Made by a program: the position numbers and the translations under genes
Part shown: piece after piece, positions 23,811 to 35,749 of the stretch
How the letters are laid out: each line of letters starts with the position of its first letter
Numbering within the stretch: position 1 is the first letter of the stretch
DNA from: Mobula hypostoma
Lineage: Eukaryota
DNA length: 64,000 bases
Direction: 5' to 3'
Assembly: GCF_963921235.1 (NCBI RefSeq)
Contig: NC_086120.1
Coordinates: 8,680,001 to 8,744,000 of the forward strand
The notes under the pieces: model-generated
Told to the model about the DNA's origin: nothing
Database searches by the model: none
What the model saw: the letters and a program-made list of their open reading frames with translations, nothing else

Positions 23811-26800
23811 TGTATTTGAGAAGGCCGGGAACTGGGGTTGAGGAGGAGGAAAAAAAATGGATCAGCCATGGTTGATTGGCAGAGCAGACTTGATGGGCCA
23901 GATGGTCCAATGGTCTAGTGATATTTATATTTATTGTGTTTTTTTAGTATTATATTCTTTATCTTCTGGCTTTTTGTGCTGCATCTGATCTGGAGTAACA
24001 ATTATTTTGTTTTTTTTGCACTTGCATAGTGGCTGGAAATTACATTAAACAATCTTGAATCTTGAATTTATTTATCTGTAGATTTTTAGCAACCGGGAGT
24101 ATATCTGTTTCTACTGTATGTTTGCCACACTGATGTGTGAATAAGTCACTGCTCTTGTGTTTCTTATCAGGGAGCAGTCGGACTGCTTTTCCAATCTGGA
24201 AGTGAAGCATTTGCTCACATTCCTTTGTGATTTTTCTGCTTTGTTTGCTGGTACAGGCTGGACATATCTGACCTCTACCATGATGAACATCTGATAAAAC
24301 AGCTGTAACCATAAATTTGGCAACTCCTTTTGACTCCCGTCAAACCTTCTGGACAATATCTTCTTCAGATCTAACCAGAGTTTCAAAGGGAGTTGTACTA
24401 CATTGGAGATGGATGCTGTCATTTAATCTCAGTGACTAGACAGTACAGAAACAAGTGAAGAAACTGGGAAACATCACTCAATTATCAACTTTATGAACTG
24501 CACAAAAACAAGAAGGTTTTACTTGGGAGGTGCCAGGACTAAATTCACCATCTCAGACTCACAGGTCATCATAAGAGGGTAAATAATGGTGAATCAGAAT
24601 GGTTCCTTCAGAAAGTGAGGCCATTTGGCCTGCTCACCTCAGAACATCTCGGTATTTAAAATATTATATGTCCCAGCCCTTTTCCCCACAATCCAGCAGT
24701 TTCAGATACTTAACTGGCTCCCATTTCAATGCAACAATTGATTCTCCCGGCACTAATATCTTGGCTGTGAGATAGAGACAGATAAAACTCAAGTGAACTC
24801 ACGGGTGGCCACACATCACACAACATTTTTCGAACTCAAACTATTCATGTTTTAGTTACTTTCTCCCAAAGGCTAAACATTCAGGCAACTCCCGACACAG
24901 TACATTTATAGAAATCTTTCTGAGGTCCAAAACTCAAATTTTTATCTATTTACTAGATATTTCCAAGTCAGCATAGTTTGTAACTTGGAAGTAAACTTTC
25001 AGGGGACATCTCCTGCTTATTCTGACCTTGCGTACTTGCAGTTGAGCTAAAAGGTTTGGAAGGAGTTGTTAGATTAACATGGGGAAGTAACAGCAGGATA
25101 TTTTATCAGTCGACCACACCAAATTCATTGTACACCTCTGGTGGCTAGAACGAATGTTGATGTTTGTTTGTTTAAGCCTTTCACCCTCCTGGAGCATCAG
25201 CCAAAGGTCAGAGTCCTCTGTCCTGGCCCATTCTTTCAAGATGTTCACAGGTGTAGCCCATCTTCAAAGACCCATCCGCTCTCAGGGTGGAGATCTTTGA
25301 AGCTTCTCTTAGCATTTCTGTAGCTCTTGGTTTCTACAGGATGCATTGCTTGACCCATGTCCAACACTCCTCCTCTTTTAGCTGGGCTTGGGACAATCCA
25401 TGGTGGAGTAAATGAATGTCGATGGCAGTGGAAGTTGAGTGGTGGAAATTGGGCTGCCTTCTCCTAGGTGGTTTCAAGCTTCTGAAATGTTTTTGGAGCT
25501 GTACTCTTCTCCAAAAGTGGACAGTATTCGTTTATGTCCTTGTCTTAGATGTTATAAATAAGTATCATGGTGGTATGGCACTGAATGCTGTGGGTAGGTA
25601 GCTTGACACACTCTTCTTGAACATGACGCCAGTCCAGCATATCTATCACATGAATATTACTTAACCCTTATGAGCCCATTCCTGAGTGTTATTCAGATCT
25701 TGCTGGATGTAGTTATGAACTTTTCTTTGGCCTGTAACCTCCAGTAATTAAAGTGTCTGTTGAGATGAGACTACCTGCATCTACCCACTCCTCTTGAATG
25801 ATGTTCAAGTTTTACACCAGTCTCGAAGTGCAACATTTCCCCTCAGGATTCCTCTAAATTTCCTCCCTCACTAGTTTAAGGCCATCTCTCCACTAAAAGA
25901 ATACCCTTAATGTCTAACCTCTATCTTCCTCATAATGTCATATATCTCTATCAACTCACACATTGGCTTCTTCAAGTTCCCAAGATACAAACTCAGTTGA
26001 TCCAGGCTCTGGTTATACCTGAAAATTCAATCATGTATTCAGACAAGCTTTTCCACAAATATAGCCATGCTGACTATGCCCAGACTAATCTCAGCCTTTC
26101 CAAGCATAAATATATCCTATCCTTGGGATTTTTGCAATAATTTCCTTCGACTGATTTAAAAAAACAATAGCCCATCATTACCTGGTTTATACACGTTCCC
26201 TTTTTGAATAATGGGATCACCTTTACTCTTCTCCAGTCATCTGCTATCTCACCTGCGGCAAATAAAGTTCAAAATTCTCCATCTATGAGATGTGGAAGGA
26301 AATTGCAGTAGCCAAAGGAATATAGCAGGGATATAGACCTTGTGGAAACAGATTGGTTTAGTTTAATTTAACTTAATTATTGGCACATGGGCCATCTGGC
26401 CAATTCCTTTGATGAAAAGTTTGATATTCTGCTCCACAAATTAAGAACCATTCCTCTTCCTGTTCCTCTGCCTGCACAATGAACCCACTTGTCTGGCCAT
26501 GCCTCTGTCCCTAGAGGAAGACTATCCCCAATCAGTACTCTGAATATCATACAGTTAGGGAGCAGGGAGTCCTCACGGCTCTGCTGACCTACCTCCCTGC
26601 ATCAGTCGGCCTGGTGATCTCTTAGTCTCCCTGATACATGCACTTACTTTAGCTGCAGGATGACCACGTCCTGAAGCCGACTGCACATGAAACATTCAGC
26701 CTTATGGATGGACTGTTGTTGCCCAAGTTCCAAACCCAGAGGCTGTGCTCCTTTAGCTGAAAATACTTCCTGTACCTGTCATTGTCCAGTAAATAGGAAG

Positions 26801-27699
26801 CCTCCTGAGGTCCCACACTGTCTAGGGTGTCCATTCCCATTGCTCTAAGATTCCCTGCCAAAGCTGTCTCTGTCAGACTGCATCTACGAACAAGGAACAT
26901 CTACACTTGAAACACCATCACTATAATATGACTTTGTAAAGAGCTCTTTGGACTTGTCTGGCAAGCTGGAGAGAATTGGGCTCTGAGATTTTTAAGAGCT
27001 CCATAATTGGGTAATTTTTGTTAATTGTTTTCCTTGTTTGTTTTTGAGTGACTCACACTTTGTCATGCAGACTCTGGGTGTTTTACGTTTAAACTTGTGA
27101 AACTTAACTTCGCTAGACACGGGGATTCCATGTAACGTGTAATATTTAGGTGGTGACACAATTAGTGCTAATAGCAGGGTCCTAGTTTTGGGAACGTTAC
27201 ATCTTGCAGTGTTGCTTGGCCAAGTCACCAAAGTTCTGTTGGAATTCTTAAGAATAAACTTTGGTTGTCATATCTACATTGCACTCTGTCTTTCCTCTGC
27301 ACTTGGGTTCCAACATTGCCAGCACACTTTCTGACTGACTTATGACCTGACTTACTCAACAGACATTTAATTTCCTGGGTGTTTGAAGAAGATAAATGCA
27401 TGTATAAACTCACTGGTACAGTGTCACCTGGGCTTCCTTTTCTCCAAGAGCATTGTTCCAGATCCTGGGACTCTGGTCAACCTCAGATATTCCACATTCT
27501 TGGAACGCAGCTGTCACTGGTAAAGCTGATATTTGTTGTCCATCTCATGGTACCAAGTGAAGACAATGGGCAAAAGCCTCCTAAACAATGGGCTATGATG
27601 GCTATGCCACTGCAAAGGTGTATGACTGGAGATGGGCATCATCAGTGAAGATGGTACCCAAGGCATATTTGTTCCAAAATAAACCAATTACAATACAAT

Positions 27700-28645
27700 A
27701 TTTACAAGAATAAATGGTGCAATGCCTTTTTATTCTTGAAAAAAAGCATTAAGTAGTGTTCAGTTAAATTCCTTAAAGCCAATAACTCCATTGTTACTTG
27801 TGTCATCTCTGATGGGTGCTACTCTTAGAGCAATAACTCAGGAGCTTCCTCGACAAACCCGGCCACTCCCTGTCCCATAGCAGAAGAACCTTCCATGTGG
27901 TCCTTCCCACTGAGCCCTTACAAGTGGCTCCTCCAAGTATCCAGTTGACCGGGATGTTCAACAGCCAAACCCATCTTTCTCAACACCCGGTAGTGATAGA
28001 ACCTCAACAATAATACTTGATGCCAACATGCTTAGGTTCCATGCAGAGTCTGAAGCAGCAACACATGAATGCGGTCATCATGGTATTGGGGACATTTTGA
28101 ACGTTTTTGCTTCAGTTGTCCAAGGACCTGTGCATTGGTCAATGCACAAGTTTTATTTGCTCCATCTTAGATTCCCAGATGAAGCACAGAACAATCTGGG
28201 TCATTTCCAAACTAGAGGAGCAGAGTGGGGGGATGGGCCACATCTGCACCAAGTGTAGCAGCCCTGAGAACACCTCACACCAGATGACTAGTTCTTCTCA
28301 CTTAACGATAGGAGCATCTTCCCAACAGTCCCGCTCTACCCTCCCAATCTGCTCCAGTCAATTCCTGTTGCCCCTCGGCCCCTCAGTACACGATCCCCAG
28401 CACCTTCACATAAGCAAACCTGATGCTGAAGGAGACATTGGATCGGTTGGGCCAGTTGCCAAAGAAGATGGTCTCGCTCTTTGGCAACTGGCATCCGACT
28501 CTGTGAATAGTTTGAGTTGACAGCCTGACTGCTTAGCCATGCTGATCAATTTGAGAACTGACTTCACATCCGAGCGGAAAATGATAATTCCGTCCATGCA
28601 CAGGGAATGTTTCACTTGGGTCCCTCCATTGTCTGTCAAGGTCAC
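27700..28645 (-). mobile_element. Tx1-like (L1 clade) RT relic
   Basis: MDGIIIFRSDVKSV.KL..(YMDD-like); KVLGI..; LVIWCEV..LLHLVQMWPIP; CFIWESKME. Confidence 0.65.
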
Positions 28646-29424
28646 ACATTTTATGCTCTCGTCTTTTTGATCGCTTTGCTAAATTTTCAATACATGCACA
28701 CAAACAAGAAAAGGGAGTAAATTCTATTGTATAATGTTTCTTCCATGTTCTCAGATGTATCATTTAGTCATCTTTTGACAGTGTTGTTGCTGAGTGGCAT
28801 CACTTTAATTATTTGATCTGGTGACTTATGCAAAACTGTATTCAGAATCTCCCTTATGGCTGGCAAAATCAATTCTTCTCTAATTGTGTAGTGCTTTCCA
28901 GATTTATCAATGAACAATGAAGTATTGTACAAACACACACATCAACACTATTGCAAAGTGCTGACAAACATGTTTTGAAGTGTTTTTCATTTCTGGAAGT
29001 TTTCATGAAGTGACTGAAAGAGAAATAAGCAATCCTTCAAAAGATCCTCACAAAAAACAGCCTTTACAGCAAAATGTTGTGAATTCATTTATCAGAAAGC
29101 TCTATTAAGAAATCACTTCCCATTGGGTAGATATGTACACCATAACTACATCATTTCAAATGGCCAGACCGATGGTAACGACAATTCCAACAGAACAATT
29201 AAATATCAAACAAGATATCATTGTCTCTGATCAAAGTCAGATATTTAAACCCTGTTTCTCTCTCCAGTTGGCACTGTCAGAATTGTTGAGTGTCTCTGCT
29301 TTAATTTCAGTTTGACAGCGGAAGCAGTATTTTGCTTTTGGGCAAACATTAAAAGTAAAAAGTTTGAGAGTAAAATCGTCTAGCTGTTAGGCTGTAGAGT
29401 TCTGGATGCCCTGACATGCCCATA

Positions 29425-30215
29425 AGATGGCAGCGTGTTCCAACGCGGCAGCCAACCAGAGGTGCGGCTTTATTTTTCAATTGTGTGTTTTTTAAATGAT
29501 CCCAAGAATATACTGCACGCCAAGAACTACGGGCACAGTAGGTCTACCGCGTTGTTCGTAGCCACCGGATGGGGTGACAAAGGAACCGGTGCCCAGCTCG
29601 GCTCAGAGGAGAGGCCAGCAGATGGGCTGGAGAATGTTCAGAGAAGCTGACCTGAGTGCAGACCGAGTTGCTGCCTGAACTGGAAGACGTGGGAGTTGGT
29701 GCGCAAAAGCAGAGTGCCGTGTCAATGTGAGTGACTGTCTTGGACGTTTCTCTTGTGATCACAAGACCCAGTTGGACATTGGTAATATGAGATGCAACAG
29801 TCTGGTTTCACTTGCTTGATGTATAACGGGTGTCGAGGCAGCAGTGCAGCCTCGGTTGTCGGCACGGACAAGGTCTCCAGTGGCTTGCCAGATGAGACGA
29901 CGCTGGAGGCGGTGCAGCAGGGAGTCTGTGCTCAGTTGAGATCTGGCTTCTTTGGTCAGTGCTGCCCTCCAGTGTTCGATCTGTGGAATGAAAGGCCGTA
30001 CTGCAGGGAGCTGCATCATCAAAGTGTGCGTCGCTCAGGGACCTGGACTAAACATATCTTTTCTTACGTAACGATGTGTTTTTTTTCTCTCTTCCTCTTT
30101 TGCTGTTTTGTACATATGTTATGCACCTTGGCCCCAGAATAACGCTGTGTTGTTCGACTGTCTCCGAATATCGTTGGAATGATAATTAAGCTTGATTCCA
30201 TTCGATTTGACTTGA
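29425..30215 (+). mobile_element. Non-autonomous non-LTR-like element (AAGATGGC start, (GATTC/TTGAC)n tail)
   Basis: Starts AAGATGGCAGCG and ends in the microsatellite tail TTGATTCCATTCGATTTGACTTGACTTG. No coding capacity recognised. Confidence 0.5.
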
Positions 30216-30430
30216 CTTGAAAAGGTCCTTCAGGGATGAGAACTGTAAGTCATCAATTCTGAGAGTTTTATTCGGTTCGAAGGAATGGATGGAACCAGTC
30301 AGCTCCTCCAGCGCCATTGTATGGTCTCCACATTTAGAATGAGTTCAAACCCTCAAACTGCCAAAGTGGGTTTGAACTCCATGACTGAATGACTGATGTG
30401 GGAACAGGAAGCCTGCACTGCGCTATCACA

Positions 30431-30556
30431 AACCAGATAAGATCTGCAGATGCTGGAAATCCAAGCAACACACACGAAATGCTGGAGGAACTCAGCAGGC
30501 CTGGCAGCATCTATGGAAAACAGTACAGTCGACGTTTCGGGCCGAGACCCTTCAAA
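30431..30556 (-). mobile_element. Short Penelope-derived repeat carrying a broken hammerhead
   Basis: Reverse complement reads ..TTTTGAAGGGTCTCGGCCCGAAACGTCGACTG..CTGCTGAGTTCCTCCAGCATT, the same family as 44736-44840. Confidence 0.75.
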
Positions 30557-30779
30557 AGCCTGCACTGTCCTGCCCTGATGTCACCGGAGGTGTGAGGGGC
30601 GTCTGTGGACCGAAGGAAGGAATCAGGGAAATGAAGGCAGAGCTTGGGAAATGTCAGACAATGAATGACTTTTTCAGATCAGTCAGTTGCTAACAATGTC
30701 GCCGCCTCAACCCGATGGTACGTGACAGCATATGGGAGGGTTTCCAATCCCCGCTCTGGTTGGTCAGTGTCAGTCACTC

Positions 30780-30821
30780 TGATTTGCGTGGATTCCCTCC
30801 CTGGTGTGAATGGCTCTATAA
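30780..30821 (+). promoter_or_regulatory. Ig light-chain promoter: variant octamer (TG)ATTTGCGT and TATAA
   Basis: ATTTGCGT at 30782-30789 (consensus ATTTGCAT, light-chain orientation) and TATAA at 30817-30821, upstream of the leader ATG at 30902. Confidence 0.6.
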
Positions 30822-30901
30822 CTGGGCTCCATTGGCAGCGGCGGCCAGTCAGTCACAGATCCACCTGAAGAAGGGAGGCAGGAAGCTGACGGGCAGCAAC
30901 G

Positions 30902-30935
30902 ATGTGGACGCTGTTCTTTTTCTGGTGTCTGGGCT
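30902..30935 (+). CDS. Ig light-chain leader exon (MWTLFFFWCLG-S)
   Basis: ATG plus a hydrophobic run, then donor GTAAGT at 30936. The phase-1 intron of 102 nt ends CACAG at 31037, in frame with V. Confidence 0.88.
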
Positions 30936-31037
30936 GTAAGTACAGGCAGCAAGTCAGCACCGCCAGCGGTGGCTGAGGTGGGTCTTGGGGGTCACATTAA
31001 AGAGTCAATGTTAAAGTTTAATTCCTGTCTCTCACAG

Positions 31038-31355
31038 CTGGAGAGTCCCAGACTCTGACTGAGACTCCGACCGTGTTGGTGAGACCGGGAGCCATGGCCA
31101 CGCTGAATTGTGACATCGGGACAAAGGATGGCAATCGTGTGAACTGGTACAAGCAGACTCCAGGAACAATTCCACAATGGATCCAAAGTTACCATAATTC
31201 CTGGACTAGCCCACTCTACGTCCCTGGGTTTAACAGTGACTGTTTCAGTCGAAAGTCAACAGCGTTGGCACCGAGTATCATTAACAGGATGGAGATGAAT
31301 GACACTGCCGTCTATTACTGCGGAAAGTGGGTTTCATCGACCAGTACTGAATTAT
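31038..31355 (+). CDS. IGLV (sigma): Ig light-chain V segment, sigma-type, unrearranged
   Basis: GES/QTLTETPTVLVRPGAMATLNC-DIGTKDGNRVN-WYKQTPG.IPQW...YHNSWTSPLY.PGF..D.F..IIN.ME..DTAVYYC-GKWVSS. The short CDR1 and long CDR2 with FY/YH.W.SP.YG.GF character resemble amphibian/teleost sigma V as recalled. FR3 appears frameshift-altered. Confidence 0.9.
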
Positions 31356-31383
31356 CACAGTGAGAGAAGATAAAACAAAAACT
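31356..31383 (+). promoter_or_regulatory. V recombination signal sequence, 12-bp spacer
   Basis: CACAGTG + AGAGAAGATAAA (12 nt) + ACAAAAACT. Confidence 0.95.
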
Positions 31384-31703
31384 AGAGTCAGCCAACATGA
31401 CACATTTCACAGCTTTGTATCAGATGGAACATTCGAATCTTTAACTCTTCATGCAGTCACTTTAATTTTGCCCTTTATACAGTATTTTCCAATGTCAATC
31501 ATGCCATACTATATTTAGAAAGTTTCCAAATCCCGTTGCCCATTGTCAAGTGTTTGATGTCGTTTAATGTCAGTCTGGTGGTGCGGCTGTGAGTTCACCC
31601 CCTCCAGCCCCTCACAGATTGGGACAGTCGGGATCTGTGAAGTCTGGTTTCAAGCTGACATGGGAACGTCTGACAGTGTTTTCTGCCTGATTACAGAGTA
31701 ATG

Positions 31704-31742
31704 GGTAATTGCATGGACTGAACCTTAGAATTTCACACTGTG
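31704..31742 (-). promoter_or_regulatory. J recombination signal sequence, 23-bp spacer, degenerate nonamer
   Basis: GGTAATTGC (31704-12; 6/9 match to GGTTTTTGT) + 23 nt + CACTGTG (31736-42). Confidence 0.8.
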
Positions 31743-31779
31743 TGGGTGTTCGGACCTGGGACAAAGCTCTTTGTTACAG
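31743..31779 (+). CDS. IGLJ (sigma): Ig light-chain J segment (WVFGPGTKLFVT-)
   Basis: FGxGTKL motif directly after the heptamer; phase-1 donor GTAGGT at 31780. Confidence 0.93.
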
Positions 31780-31935
31780 GTAGGTGCCTGGGAAATATCT
31801 CCTGCAATAACCCCGGCATAAACACAGCCACCCAGCAAATAATAATTTATACGTTATAATTTCCAAGCGAATATTAAAGTGAAAATATTGATTTATAATC
31901 TAATCATGTTTCATGTCCAACAATAGTCTTGTGGG

Positions 31936-32909
31936 TGTCACGTACCCTGTGACGGGTTAACAAACCAGCAGAAATGGAAAACACTTTGGAATCTGGTATT
32001 GCCATTAACTAATAATATTTATTAGTAACTACACAATGCAGTAATATAAATGTAGATAAATCAAACAGGTTAGCAATGATTATATATAGGTGAGTAAATC
32101 AGTAAGTGTGGGAAAATATATAAGAAAACAAAGCTTCTTCAAGTCCAGGGGTAAATAGATAGTCTTACGACAATGAGTAAAGTTCAGTTCAGTTCGTGGT
32201 GTTGAGTTGAGTAGTGATGGAGAGAGAGAGGGAGAGGTTTGAGTCTTTAGGTGAGCTGACGCCGTCGATCTTCCCATTGCCCTCCAAAATCCTTTAAAAG
32301 TCACCGACTGTGACCACAACAAAGGGGACTGTTTTTCTGCGGTGGAGTCATCAACCCAGGCAAGGGTGGACACATGGACAAATCCTCACCGGTCAATCCC
32401 TTTTCTCACTGCAAGAGCCACTGATCAATCCGCCTGATCGATCCTCCAAAAACTCACTTTTTCTGTTGGCACAACAAAGCTCATTCAGTGTCCAAAAACA
32501 TACGCCTGAGGTCTATCATCTGACCTATTTATCTCACCGTACTGAGTACCAACTGTCTCTCAAATAACTCCTCCTTCCTTTGTCTGTGTAAGAAATGTAC
32601 AAGCAGGCAAATGTCCTTGGGATGTATAAACACGCTGCCGAAAAATCATAACATCAATTGTCCCTCAATTAACTCCGCCCTCGATCACCATAGCGACTTA
32701 CGAGCTGCTCGGTACTCTCTCTCTCTCTCTCCAACACAGCAGAAATCCAAAAGTAATTCTCAGTTCCTCCTCGTGCCTTAAAGTGACAGTCCAAAAGTTA
32801 GTCTTTGTCTCTGTCTCTCTTTTCAAAACAACATGTCAGTTTTAAATACCTCTCTCTCTCTCTCTCTTCAAAAGCACACTTCATAGGGGTAATTGAGGAT
32901 CCCGTCACA
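31936..32909 (-). repeat. 3' LTR of the Gmr1-like element
   Basis: Preceded on the minus strand by the purine tract AATGAAGGGGG. Aligns along its length with 38333-39965. Confidence 0.9.
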
Positions 32910-33039
32910 CCCCCTTCATTCAGAAAAAAAAAATTGATGAAGGCGAAATTTTCTTTTAGTCTCAATGTTAATTACAGAGTTTGAAACAATACATGTATGA
33001 TAATCTGATGACAGAGCAAAAATGTGTACGATTTCCAAT

Positions 33040-33459
33040 TTAACATCTGGGTAAACAATCAGCTATAATATTGTCAGTACCTTTCACATGTTTGATTTCT
33101 AAGTCACATTCTTGCAATATCAGACTCCAATTTAACAACCTTCTATTCTTATCCTTCATCTTAGTTAGAAACACCAACGGATTATGATCCGTGTAAAGCA
33201 CAAGAGGTCTCTGGGTATCAGAAAAATTTTGTGGTTTCTGAACATAGACCTCAAAATGTTGTAAAGCCAGAATAAGAGCTAATAATTCCTTTTCAACAGT
33301 TGAATAATTTTCCTGGGGCACATTGAATTTCTTTGAGAAATAAGCTACTGGGTGTTGAATGTCATCCACACCCTTCTGTAACAGTACTGCCCCAGCAGCT
33401 TCATCACTAGCGTCTGTTGCTATAGAAAATGGCTTGGAAAAACCTGGTGCTTTGAGCAC
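33040..33459 (-). pseudogene. Retrotransposon RNase H domain
   Basis: FSIATDASDEAAGAVLLQ..HPVAYFSKKF..YSTVEKELLAL..YTDHNPL..NWSLILQ..HVKGTDNIIADCL. Confidence 0.9.
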
Positions 33460-33540
33460 AGGATGATAACACAGGATGGTTTTCAGACGATCAAATGCCC
33501 CCTGGCAAAGGTCATTCCATACAAATATTTCACTCTTTCC

Positions 33541-35664
33541 TCAGAGTTTTGTTAGGGGGAGAGTGATGTCAGCAAAGTTCTTACAAAACTTACGATAATA
33601 CCCAACCATTCCTAAAAGCCATCTCAAAGTTTTCTTGCCGGTTGGAACAGGAACCTCAGCAATAGCTTGAACCTTGGCCTCTACAGAAGCCTGTAGGCCC
33701 TGGCCCACCACATAACCCAGATATGTGACTGTGGCACGGCCAAACTCACTTTTAGCGAGGTTCACAGTAAGATTGGCCTTGGAAAGTCTGTCAAACAGTT
33801 TTTCTACCGCTCTAATATGCTGTTTCCACATGTTATTCCAGACCACTAAATCATCGATATAAGCCCCTGTGTTTTCTAAAGCTCTAATCACAGAATTGAT
33901 CATTCTTTGAAATGTCCCTGGAGCATTTTTCAAGCCGAAGGGTAAAACCTGGTATTCATACAGTCTAGACCAGGGGTCCCCAACCTTTTTCGCACTGTGG
34001 ACCAGTTTCATATTGACAATATTCTTGCGGACCGGCCGACCGGGGGGTGGGGGCGGGTAGGGTTGTCAACGGACAACAGTAGCAGTCAAATATGCTGCGT
34101 TTTCCCCGAGAAAGACTACAATGACCGTGAAGCCTTGCACGGGCACCAGTGCACATATGTAACTTCAGCATGCGTGTACAATTTTTTTCTACAAATCGTT
34201 TTTGGCGATTCTGTTCGGGGGGGGTGTTAATCACGATGATAATTAGCTAATACACTCAATTTTGTTTCTAAAAGGGTTTATCTAACGAATTTAATATTAA
34301 ACACACAGCGCATATTTTCTTCTCATGGATATAGTCATAAGCCAATTATCAGGGGAGGACAGGGGAGCTTGAAGTAAATGTTGAATGAACTTCCAGTAGA
34401 AGTGGTAGAGGCAGGTTTGATATTATCATTTAAAGACAAATTGGACAGGTATATGGACGGGAAAGGATTGGAGGGTTATAGGGTTATGAGCTGAGTGCAG
34501 GTCGGTGGGACTAGGTGAGAGTAGCGTTCAGCACGGACTAGAAGGGCAGAGATGGTCTGTTTCTGTGCTGTAATTGTTATATGGTTATATAAGTCAATAG
34601 CATCATGACATTTTAAGTTTCGTTTGGATATTAAACACGCAGCACTTATTTTCCCCATATGAACATATAAAATCATTGCAACACACCAATATCGTTGAAT
34701 CAGTGGGACCCCTGGGACTGTTTTCCTGCAACAAGACGGTCCTATCGAAGGGTGATGAGAGACAGCGATAATTGAACGGGGTTCCTAATGTCGAGTCTAT
34801 TCCGCAATTTAATTTTTGTTACATTCGTTGCAGAGATACGTTGGAAATGGAGGCAACGTTTTCAGTGCTTTCGTGGCTATCTCAGGATATTTAGCCTTGA
34901 CTTTGATCCATAATGCCAGCGGAGATGTTATGTCAAGCATACTTTTCAGCCCGCGGTCATTTGCAAGATCAAGCAGTTGATCTTCTTCCCGCGCTGAAAT
35001 GGATGATGCGCGGGTAATGAACTCGCCTGCGTAATGGCTCAACAGTGGGCGTGACAGGGAATGAGGAAAGGTGCAGCTGACTCCTATCATCAAATCATAT
35101 TGTTTCCTCCCGGCCCGGTAGAGCATGCTCTGCAGCCCGGTAGTTGGGGACCGCTGGTCTAGACGGTGTCACAAATGCTGATATCTCTTTAGCCCTCTCT
35201 GTTAAAGGAACATCCCAGCATCCTATTAACAAGTCAATCTTTATAAGGTATTTAGCCTTCCCCACTCTATCAATACAGTCATCCATTCTGTTTCCTTGTT
35301 CTTTCTTGTTTCTAATTTCTTCTTCAACCGTTTTACTTTTCTCAAAGTTCACTCTGTAAAGATGCTGTTTCATGGGCTGTGCTGAATTTATAATGACGTG
35401 ATGCACTGCACCTGTGCACCCTTTCAGAATGTCAGAAAATAAATCTCCATGCTTGCTAATTAGTTCTTTCACTAGGTTTTGTGGTGTAGGGTCCAACTTA
35501 TAGACCTTATCAGTAATATTTTTCAAAACAATGGAATTCTGACATCTTGTGGATACTATATACAGTGGGTAAACATGTTTTTTCGTTCCATTATCAGATT
35601 CCATAGCCTTTATGACTCCATTCTGTTCCATAACAATTCTCCCAGGTGCCATTCTAATGAACAA
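33541..35664 (-). pseudogene. Retrotransposon reverse transcriptase, split by the hAT insertion
   Basis: KIDLLIGCWDVPL..ISAFVTPS | RLYEYQVLPFGLKNAPGTFQRM..AYIDDLVV..YLGYVVG. The frame rejoins across the GTCTAGAC duplication. Confidence 0.88.
33971..35156 (-). mobile_element. Non-autonomous hAT/Charlie element, 1186 bp, with an internal CR1 3' fragment (about 34350-34591)
   Basis: TIRs CAGGGGTCCCCAAC / GTTGGGGACCGCTG (1 mismatch); perfect 8-bp TSD GTCTAGAC (33963-70, 35157-64). Remnant EDQLLDLANDRGLK..WIKVKAKYPEIATKALK.L.PFPTYLC is the hAT C-terminal dimerisation region. Confidence 0.92.
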
Positions 35665-35749
35665 GTGCTTTATTTTAATTCAAACACTCTGGAAACCTTC
35701 CTGTGCAAGGTCACAAATATTAATAAATCCTTTCTTGAATTTTAAAACA

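Noticed and set aside
24040-24450. Long, nearly open minus-strand frames after a pyrimidine tract and AG
   Set aside because: No family motif recognised in any frame, so it cannot be supported as an exon.
26649-26980. 83-aa ORF with a nearby GTAAGT donor-like site
   Set aside because: No recognisable homology and no partner exons.
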